From contig NMRA01000400.1 of NCBI GenBank assembly GCA_002633005.1, forward strand, positions 282,476-346,475: a stretch of 64,000 nucleotides of DNA, read 5' to 3'. The notes beneath the pieces are model-generated. The model was not told the origin of the DNA, made no database searches, and was given only the letters and a program-made list of their open reading frames with translations. Below are positions 25,919-35,782 of this stretch, in pieces; positions within the stretch are counted from its first letter, which is position 1; each line of letters opens with the position of its first letter. Made by a program: the position numbers and the translations under genes. This DNA is from Phoronis australis. Its lineage: Eukaryota; Animalia; Phoronida.

Positions 25919-27045
25919 GGTGTACTTTCCTGATGCCAAAGACGAGCTGCAAGATGACAGAATGTGTTCTAAAGAACATCTGCGTCCACACTGAATACAG
26001 CTCGAGTTGTCAGTGAGACCCCAAATAGCAAGGTTGCTGGGAGTAGGCAGTACATCATAAACAGATCTGATGAGAAACTTTGATTTCAAATGCGACATCT
26101 TCCACAAATCCGACCAGTTTATTTCCCTTTGCAAGACTTTGTCCCACTTCGTCCACGCTTCCTGATGACTCATCTGAACTGCTCGGGCATACCTTCTTTC
26201 GTTCTCTGACAATCTAACTTCTCTGATTATTCTGGCTCTGTCTGGGTTTTTAAGTCTCTTCCTTGCTGGATTCCCGGTCTTGTAGCCCAGTCCTTGCCTA
26301 CCCTGGCAAGCAGTTCCTATTCATTGCTTGTGCCTCAGCCGGCTTTCTGCTTCACTGATTGCCGACGTGGTGGACCACTTACTGCCGGTACGTGACTGGG
26401 TGATGCAACCACTGATGGCCTGGTCAGATGTATTCCGCAGAGTGATACTGGCTCGCACTTTGGTAACTTTATATTCCTCCACCACAGATGAGACCGGTAG
26501 AGCAAGTTTCGATGACTTGCAGTACAGCCCGACGTTGCTGAATGATGCAGGTAGACCAAGCCACCTTCGAATGAACCGGCTCGCTGCTAGTTCCATTTCC
26601 TCAGCTGAAGACAACGTGACGTCGTAGATTAACAGCTTCGGGAGCAAGATGAACTGGTAGCACCAAAGCTTGAATCTTCCGGGTATGCCGTCTTTGTCGA
26701 TCTTCTCAAGCCAAACCTTGAGCTGGGCTTTCACATCTTTGACACGGGATATGTGTCTCGTAGGCTGCTATCATAGTACTTGCCAAGGCACTTGACTGGT
26801 TGTTCACTTATTGTTGGAATTCTGCAACCTGCTATCGAAAACGTCTGTCTCTTGAGCAACACGCCTCTGTTGATAATTAGTGATCTGGACTTCTCTGCCT
26901 CGAATGACATACGGGCCCATTTAGTGAGCTCTTCTAGGCAACGGAGAATTGTTCTGGCTCCCACTGGTGACTCTGTCACAATTGTAATGTCGTCAGCAAA
27001 AGCTCTAATACTCTCTGGGCTGTGTCATCCAGCAACCCCCAAAAA
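25919..27045 (-). mobile_element. RLE-type (Hero-like) retrotransposon: RT C-terminal half and CCHC zinc knuckle, 5'-truncated and frameshifted
   Basis: Motifs are IRAFADDITI (RT active site), WARMSF.AEKSRSL, PVKCLGKYY, PGRFKLWCYQF, RRWLGLP, SVYDVLPTPSNL..WG and CIQCG...SLEHILSSC. They are split over ORFs 26731-26979, 26321-26734 and 25904-26212. Confidence 0.9.
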
Positions 27046-28231
27046 AGCGACTTGCTGCTGGAATTTTGGGCTACTAGATAGGGCTATCCGAGATCTCCGT
27101 AGAAGCAAAAATCTCAAGAAAGCTTTGTGATAGCGTGCAGTACATGGATGGCGAGTTGGCGACATCCAACAAAGTCGTGCGTTTTCTTTCATTTTCGACC
27201 GTAATATTTTCGCATGTATCAAAAACAGTATCGTTTTCGCCTACTGAGCACACGTGGCAAATGGCCGGTGACAGAAAGTAAGCATTTTGGAAAATACCTG
27301 ATAAACCTAGTCCAAATTGTCCGATATCAGCCAGAGACCGTCAAAAAGTCAGCCCACAGTAGAATGGGCTATCAAAACTAGCTGGAAATACACTTCAGCG
27401 ACAGAACATGGCCATTAAATTGTGTTACATCAAGGAATCATAAAAATAATTTCCACTGATTCCTTTCATTCTATTTGCTATTAATCAACGTTCTTATCCG
27501 TGTTTTTAAAGTGTTAATTAATCAATAGGGCCTACAATGTTATAGCTATAGCTCAGTCCGCATTGATCAAAACTAAGCAACTAGAAATAGTTAACCAACA
27601 CACTTTCATACTAAACCTATGACATATAACATTGTAATAACAGACACGTAAATATCACTAACATATTGACGATTACATGCTTATTAAATATAATCATTGT
27701 TAGTTGTCATGCAATTTCGTTACAGCTAGTACCCGTCCAGCTTGATTCGGGCTCACTTGTTACGTCACTTGTTTCGTCACTAGGCCTACACTGACCTCAT
27801 TTTCCTACTTGCCGATTGGCTTTATTTCAAGTTCTTGGAAGAGATCAGCACCTTCAAAAAGGACACCGTGAAGGGCAGATCAACAAAACAAAGCCATTCA
27901 AGAGTATAGTAGACATTATGCAGTTTCCATATCATTGAGAAGCTTCAGTCCGATGCGATTGGTGACCACCGTGACCCTCCATTATTAACCGTTCGAATGT
28001 TACTTATTCCGTTGCTTCAATTTCTGACTAAAATATTTTGTGTAGACACCAGAAACAATCACGGCAACAGTGAAAACCTAAACAGGGGTCAATTAAATCG
28101 AACCACTGGTTTCTTTGCCCAGCCCAGAGCGACCCGACCATGCCATTCAGTATCCACGAATAGTTAAAACAAGCACGAACTCTAGATGGTACTCAAAACA
28201 CCAATGCTCTCAAAATTAAGGTTGTAACTGG

Positions 28232-28395
28232 CAGTGACGGATTTAGAGGGGGACCAAGGGGGCCATGGCTCCCCTAAAATTCTCCAACGGATTCCCTTGG
28301 GAAGTTCGGGAGTGCCAAAGTCTGACAGGCAAAACTTTCCTGGCTAATACTCTGCCCTGCCCCCCTCCCTTACTTAACATCCTGGATCCGCCCAT
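28232..28395. mobile_element. Short TIR element (CAGTGACGGATTTAG...CTGGATCCGCCCAT)
   Basis: It has imperfect GC-rich terminal inverted repeats and a related inverted copy at 14950-15080. Confidence 0.6.
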
Positions 28396-28513
28396 ACCTG
28401 GCTACAGTTTCAATATGTTGCGTGGATGATGTTTTTACTAGAGAGTAACTCAGGGTTTTGCGGCAGTGGCCGGTAAGAACCGCCCAGTCAAAATTAGTAT
28501 CTTCGTTAGAAGA

Positions 28514-28650
28514 TCATGGGCGTCACACCATAGGGGGCTGGGGGGGGGGGCACTTTTTTCAGTGCTACGCCGCACATGGTCTATAGGCGATGCACCACAG
28601 GGACGGCTGAGGGGGCTTTAGCCCCCACTTTTTTCAGCGCTGCGCCGATG
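28514..28650. mobile_element. Short GC-rich MITE, inverted relative of 49525-49668
   Basis: CATGGGCGTCACACCATAGGGGG...TTTTTTCAGTGCTACGCCGCAC...TTTTCAGCGCTGCGCCG is a diverged reverse complement of 49525-49668. Confidence 0.65.
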
Positions 28651-29766
28651 GATTAGACGATAAACAACTTGAGGTTTTTGTCTGAGTAACCGCTAATCCA
28701 GCCGTTTACCGAGTTGAATTGTAAATCGAACTGCTATTATTTCCGTCTGCGACTCAGCAGCCGGCGTCGTACACCAGCGCCGGGCTCTTCAGTTCGCTAT
28801 GGCCACTGAGCTGAGTGCACTCCGTGTAATGTATAACATCTCACGGAAAATGACGAATATTGAATCTAATAAGCTTTGTTTTTCATGGGGATGTCACCTC
28901 ATACCTACCGCAAATCATTGTCCCTCTTGCCGAACTTAGTTGAGGTACTATGACGACGGCGACATCCTGTTGCTCCCAACTTCGATTCTATAGCCCAACA
29001 ACAAGTTGGCAAGTTTACCCCCGTAGCCAATATCTTACACGAATGATTAACTTTTGTTCGATAATTGCTCTCAATATCCGATCAGATCGTCCTGACGGGC
29101 TGAATCAAAAAAGTTAACAGATTTCCGAGCTCAGTTAAACAAATAGTTGCGGTATTTCTGAATTCCTCGTCAAATGCTGATCATGTTCCGTTTTTGAATC
29201 ACCACAAGCGCCCAACTACAACAGAATTTAAGACAATCTATTCTGTCCAAACGGATTACCAACGCGCTTGGTTTGATTGTGTTGTGATACGCCTTCGGTA
29301 ATAACGTGAAACCACCATTCCTTTGAACCCTGGGAGATTATTGGCCTGCTTGTCATCATACGCCGGGACAAAAGACTGAACTGGGCAGTTAACAAGAGAG
29401 CCAGATGTTATCGCACGTTCAGCACCCCTCACGTCTGGAAAAGTTACTGAGGACAGAACGTTGTAATGTGAGGACTGAGTTTCCCGATCGATCGTAGCAT
29501 AATTTCTGCCGCGTGAAACTGATGCCCTCAGACAACTTTATCAACCGCATGCATTTTTTCCACTGAAACCTTCGAAAACCCTGGAAGCTTAGTTACGTTG
29601 GCAAAATTGTATGCGAAACATAGTTTCACTCAACAGCTTGCTTTTACTTCACGTTTACGTCATGGCAGTGGTCACTCTTTTTGCGGGGGTTTTCCCTAGT
29701 ATCAGCGAAGTAACGCATCAAGAGACATCTGTTGGTTGAGATATTGTATTTGTACCCAGAAGGTAG

Positions 29767-29774
29767 TGACGTCA
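29767..29774. promoter_or_regulatory. Perfect CRE/ATF palindrome next to the SELENOK start
   Basis: TGACGTCA lies 22 nt upstream of the ATG. Half-site variants TACGTCA occur at ~29656, ~29878 and ~30005. Confidence 0.4.
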
Positions 29775-29796
29775 TCAAAAAACTTCACAACAGGCG

Positions 29797-32700
29797 ATGG
29801 TTTACGTGTCGGGAGGTAAGAGTATTATAAAAATTTCACCCATATCTGGTGTTAAACGGTAATTGATTTTACCTCATTACGTCAGGCAGAGTACTAACTA
29901 TATACATAGCAAAACGAGACCTCGATAACCTGACCTTTGGCCTACCACAGTGGCTGAAATGTTACTTCATTTGTAGCGATTGACGCTATTGCATTGGCAA
30001 ATGCTACGTCATCCTTTTAACGGCGTCACATTTACATTTCTATTCTGTGGGGCTAAGCACAGGCCCTTTGGTGGAACTCATCAGATTATTTACTGAATTT
30101 AGAATTGAAAGACAGATTCTCAACAGGAGGCCAGTTTGCGCATTCAATGAGGGCAAATGCTCGAAATGACGTAGAATTCCGGTGGCGGTGGTTATGTGCG
30201 TTTATGGCATTGCAACAGTGTGAGAATACTTAGGAAGCAATGTCACATAGTGCAGATACAACAGTCACTTTTACCTCAGAGGTCATGCCAATGTTTGGCT
30301 TTCGTCTAGCATCAAGAGTGCCAGTGAAAAGCATTCATGTTTCGTATCACCCTGATGTCCACAAACTACGACTTTTGAACAGGTTATTGCAGTCAATGAT
30401 GAAATAAAGCTGAGCGAGACAGTGAATGACAATGGTGCGAAAACGATCACCTGTATTTATGCTGTGATCACAGTGTAATAGAGATGATCCTTTCTGCATT
30501 GCCACTGGTTTATATTGTAGTTAACACGGAATGATATAAGCGGGTGCAATTTACTCTACAGAAATGGGTAACTAAAGTTGTCACAGTCATGTCCATTTTC
30601 TCTGTGTCAGTTCTGTATTTACACCTGATAATCTTGTTCCGTGTCATTTGTTCTGTGTCAACTAGCGTTCGTTAAATATGATGATCGTTGATGCGGCTAC
30701 AGTTATGATGTATAGCAGTATGTGATATAAAGTTATTAACTTTTTCTTTTCCAGGTCAAGTGTTGAGTGAGGGCCAGTCACCATGGAGGCTAACCTACAT
30801 TCCCGAACTCTTCTGGGGTTTCATAAATTTCATCGTACTGTTGTGAGCTATTTGAATTTCTTAATCTTTGATAATATGAAATTAAACGAAACTGCAACCA
30901 TTAGATATTGTTCTTATTATGGTGATGTTTTTCAAGAGTTTGTGGATATTTCTGTAAGGGTCATTTCAGGTAATGTTGACCTAATAATCGTTAGATATTG
31001 GTGTTTCTTAGAAGTTGTATGTCTTAGTAGAAATTAGGACAGCTCTTAAAATAGTTCTTTGCAAAGTGAGTCAGTATGCCCAAAACGTGTTTGTATACAA
31101 TCTCAGCAACATCAAAATGAAAGGGGATTTGAGATTCTTGTTGTAATTTTTGAGATGTTTTGGCACATTATCACACATATTTATACAGGTAGCGTTTGTA
31201 TGTTACATTTCTATCCCAAAATTACTCGTTGATCATACGATTGTAAAATATTGTTTAGACTACTTTCTTATTGACTCTTAATAATTGCGATAACATTTTC
31301 ATGTGCTCACATATTTATGTGCCGGTGCATTATTTCATTCAATTTGATAACTTTTCTAAATATTTTTCTTGCAGTTTCCAGACGCTTTTTAATGTAAGTA
31401 TGACAAAACTCCCGTGTTTCTCAATTACGTGTAGACCTGCAGTTATAGTCCAAAACTAAAACAATGTTATACCGTATAGTAACAGAAGGTAAATAATTAC
31501 CACTTTGGCAGTAATCAGTCATAGTTACAACAAACACACGAAACATAATTGGATGTGTATATTTCAAGAATATGACACATGTTAATGCCAACACGCTTAC
31601 CTATTTTCAGTTGGCGTGTATTAAAATGACTTCATCGTATCAGAGTTTGTCTAAGGTCAGCGCATTTGATTCCTATGCTTCTGTCAAAGGTTCAGCTACT
31701 CTTGGAAGATTTGACATACAATTGACCCATGGCAGTAATGCGCAACTCCATTGACGGGGACAGACACTTTACATGGTGTTAGAAATAGTGCACTCTATGT
31801 GGTAGTCTCATCCCAAAATCCAGCACTCTTAGCCAATTATAAACAGGGAATTTGCCCTCTAAGCTTCTCATAGAGCGGGGGATTCTGGGAAATCTGTATG
31901 GCCAGCAGCTTACATTTACCTCACATAGCTGTTTTTATATCGGTGTTCTGTAGCAATGAATCCTCATCGATTAAGACTACATTAATATGTGCTGTGAATT
32001 GTTCAGCATCTCGGTGTAATATTTTCACTCCGGTGTTGTTCTCCCCGTCTCATGGTTATGCCATTGAAAACTTGCCTCTGGGCAAATCTTGAGCTGCAGT
32101 GATGCAGTCATTGGTTTCTTACCTCACTACCTGGAACAGCTCATTTCAAGATAAGTAAACTACATGTGCTGTCATGCGTATGATGCATCATGCTGATCAA
32201 AAACTTAAAAAAAAACGGATAATTAGGCGAGATTTGGTGAGACTTTTTTCTGCACCTGATTCACATTCGTTATTGGAAATTCATACAATTAGTATTGCTG
32301 GATAGAATTGTTGTGAAATACACACTCAAACACACACCCTTAGTTTTAGTTTTTGCACTCCACCTTACAGGTTAGTCGGATTTGACCTCACTTGGAGAAA
32401 ATATCTCGGGTACCGTTTGGTCCGACTTATATGCAAGTTCTGCTGTTGTTTGTGTAACGTGCTATTAGCCAGTCTCCAGTTACCTTCTGAGAAACCATGG
32501 CAGCTTTTTAAAGAACAGAATTGTGGACAGTGTGCCATTGACAGTTGTTTGGGACAGTTTACAGTTTAGTTTTCTGTGTTTTATAATGATGTTTTCATCA
32601 GCAGCTTAGATTTTAACTGTGCATGCGAGCACTGTGCCAGTTCTTTTCGTATTCATTTCTTTCAGCCCAATCTGAGCAAACGCGGGTCACAGTATACGAC

Positions 32701-33838
32701 GGACTACAGGTCGGGAGGAGGCAGGGGACCCCCACCACCGCCCAGGAGGAGAATGGGGGGATTCAGGGGTGGTGCAGGTAAATTTTGTTTGGCACAGTGG
32801 GCGTGACCATGTGAGGCGTTAAGGTTATGCATGACCTTGTTGACAAGTCTTCATATGTATCCCTATATTCACAAAACAGTTTAGTATATATATATTTTCT
32901 GAAAAATAGAAAAAATTGATTTTGGATTTTGTACCAGTGTGCCTTGAATCAGGTCACGTGACTGTGTTTCAGTGTTATTGAACAAAAAAGGAACTGGTAC
33001 ATCGATAGCAGAATTATGGTATGAGTGTTCAAATTATGATTTCGTTTTATTCAACTTGAGATTTTTTTCATAAAATGACAAGCATACTAATTTTTTATTG
33101 CCCCTCGTGCAAAACTGGGATACTTTAAAGACAATTTCTGACAGCGTTTTGGAGAACATTACGTGAATCTGAAAGTTTCGTCTGAATCTGATCGGCCATC
33201 TCTGAGATACGATGTTCCGAATTCAGCCAAATTTTCCCATTTTTATGGCCCTATGTAATCTTAAGTTGAGACAGATGCTTGGAATAGACATGAATGCATC
33301 TGCAGTAAAACTCCGTTCCAGCCAGACTGAGATTTTATCAGAGTTAGGTGAAGTTTTAATTATCTGAAGGCCCAAGTGTGCATGGACTAGAGCAACTGTA
33401 TTGCAGTCAAAGTGGTTATAAACACTCTTCCTTCACGCTCTTCGTAACTTCACGAAATTGGGTCTCAGATTTTTTTCTTGGCATTTTGATTCACATCTGG
33501 GTGCCGAGGATGGGAGATTGTATAGAAACTACAAAAGAGTTTATATGTCGAGCTGTCTAACAGAAAGTTGTTTGTGTTAATAAAGGGCTGCTGCCGTACT
33601 AAACTGATTTTGTACAGTTCAATAAAATATGTGTTGCCATGGTTTCCCATTCTCTGATTATTCACGGTTCACACTTAATGCATTGTTTGCATTCACTGAG
33701 TGTAGTCTTAATGTACTCAACTCAGTAATTTTGTTTAGATTTCTATTAATTTTAGCCAAATTTTATTAGAATTTACCAAATTTCATTTTAGGAGCTCCTA
33801 GCGCACCACCCCCTGCTGGTGGTGGATGAGGACGGTAA
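29797..33838 (+). CDS. SELENOK: Selenoprotein K; 94 aa with Sec92; exons 29797-29815, 30755-30842, 31375-31393, 32666-32777, 33792-33838
   Basis: All introns are GT-AG and phase-consistent (285 nt CDS). The protein is MVYVSGGQVLSEGQSPWRLTYIPELFWGFINFIVLFFQTLFNPNLSKRGSQYTTDYRSGGGRGPPPPPRRRMGGFRGGAGAPSAPPPAGGGUGR. It has the SelK N-terminus, one TM helix, a G/P/R-rich tail, GGUGR with in-frame TGA at 33827-33829, and a downstream SECIS. Confidence 0.95.
33090..33270 (+). repeat. Interspersed repeat shared with 43540-43710
   Basis: TGAAAGTTTC.T.T.AATC.GATC...CTGAGATA.GATGTTC.GAA.T.AGCCAAAT is present in both SELENOK intron 4 and ABCD intron 3. Confidence 0.55.
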
Positions 33839-34013
33839 GCGCCCTCTGCTGGTGACTGAGGGCGTTCTTTCAGCGGCCAACGTCTTGACTTTAGCTTTGG
33901 GAAATGAAGCAACCATGGAGACGGGAAGTAAAATGACGCAGAAACGAAATTTCACTCGAAGCTGATCTCAAGACTGTGGCCACAGTTCCTTAGCATTGTG
34001 GCTGTGCCTGTGC

Positions 34014-34080
34014 GCACAGCGTATGAAGTGTCGCTAGAAACCTTGTAGACTCAAGACTAACGAAACTGATATCGCAGTGT
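34014..34080 (+). promoter_or_regulatory. Type II SECIS element in the SELENOK 3' UTR
   Basis: Helix I is GCACAGCG/CGCAGTGT. The core is ATGAA (34023-34027) with TGAT (34067-34070). Helix II is GTGTCGCTAG/CTAACGAAAC (8 of 10 paired). An unpaired AAA lies at 34038-34040 and the apical mini-stem is CTTG/CAAG. Confidence 0.92.
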
Positions 34081-34821
34081 TGATGAACTGTTTGTTTTTG
34101 TATATACTGTACATAACCTATCGACTTGTGTTCTATGTTACTAGAGGACCACAGGGATGTATTTATGCCATTCATCCAACTCCAGGTTGTGCAATAAGTA
34201 ACAGATTTATTACAGAGACCCAAATGAACAAGGAAACATTCTAAAATCCTTTTCATGCACAATGTTCTTCTAAATGTCTATGTATTCTCAACCGTATCTA
34301 CTGTATTTCAGCTAAAAGTAAAGGTGAAACATAACAGTAATTATGCTTGTATTAAAATATTAATTTAAATAAAAAATGCAATATCAATGCGATTTGTATT
34401 CCAAACTGGCGGCCAATCGTGTTCTCTCTTTCTCTGTGGTTGGGAAGAATTGAGACTTGGGAGTTCTCCAAATGGATGAAATAACCTGCTGTTACATTCC
34501 AACTTATCTGACTTATTTCGCCAATGACAGTCATTTCTTTCCAAGTCCTGAATTCACCCCTCCCCCGTCTGTCAGAATAAGGAACAAGGTGATGCCAATT
34601 TTAGTGATTAAGTCAAAAGTTTCTTTCACAGCCAAATGCAGATTTAAATCAAATTGCTTTTGCTGAGCAATATTTGTGAAATAACTTTTCGTAATGTAAT
34701 TCTTCAATGTATGTGAACAAACAATAGCCTACTATAATATCTTTCAAAGTAAGTTTAATTAGTTTCAAATACATTTCAACAAGCAATTGTCTTCAAACAA
34801 GCATAAAATGGAGACTGTCTA

Positions 34822-35036
34822 AGGCCTATTTCTTGAAGAGTCTATAGCCAAAACTTGATTTTTTTGTCTTTGGCTTTTAGTCAGCTCCCAAGCAAGCTAC
34901 AGATTTCTGTCTTTTGGCTTCGAATTGTAGACAGATCTGACTCTTAGCCTTTACCTAGTGATTTGGTGAAACAAGCTTAGCCATCCGTAGACTGATCTTT
35001 AGCAAAAAGTTGAAAGACTTCACGAGAAACAGCCCC
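34822..35036. mobile_element. Possible degraded PIF/Harbinger-like MITE
   Basis: It has imperfect inverted termini, GGCCTATTTCTTGAAG and CTTCACGAGAAACAGCCCC, and internal TTAGCC/TTGGCT subrepeats. Confidence 0.35.
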
Positions 35037-35782
35037 AGACCAATAATACACCTATCATAGTACTGTTGCATTGAACAAAGGAAATAATTAAATTAGGTTC
35101 TCTAACCTGAAAATCTGACACACTCATCTATAAGGGCCACCACAGGCAGAGAATTATGACCTCGGCTCACTACATACAGAGTCGGTGGCAAAATGCTGAC
35201 ATGTAAACTATACACAGATTTGTTTCTGTCAGGTGATGGTATGCACTGAGCTCATTGCATTCAAGGAGCTTAGCTGTACAACTGTTATAGCCCTAAAGGG
35301 ATATTAAGGGGCACAATGGATATTAAGGGGCACAATATATTATACTTCAGAACCACGATTCCCTGCCACATCAACGTTTGTGTTCATCTGTTATTATTCA
35401 ATTTGAAACGCGTTTACTGTACAACTTGCATCATTTGTAGAACAGGTTAATGAATTTTGACTATCAATTTTTGATCATACTCCATACAAAGGTCATAGAT
35501 TGATCTTGCCTGAAAACAAAGAAAAACAGGATTTGTTATCAAGTCATTCTTCACTGTTAACTAAAAATGGTAAACCAAGAAAAAAACTTGGTTCGACAAA
35601 ATCAGAAAAAACCGACTCGAACAACTAAAGGAAGCTGAGTTGCATAATGTGTTAAGATACACCATTTCACGAAACCAACTTCGAACATGGCTACTCAACA
35701 TCTTTTGTCAAAAGCACATCCCTTAAAGAAGATACTGAACAGAAAAAGATCCGTTCAATAAAATATGCTATATAAATCTAAG

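Noticed and set aside
28900-29600. Possible decayed coding sequence (SGNH/ORF1-like) upstream of SELENOK
   Set aside because: There is no continuous frame or convincing catalytic motif by eye.
33903-33966. Second SECIS (ATGA...AAA...TGAT) in the SELENOK UTR
   Set aside because: Helix II cannot be formed with proper length and pairing. The region fits better as part of the 33875-33981 hairpin.
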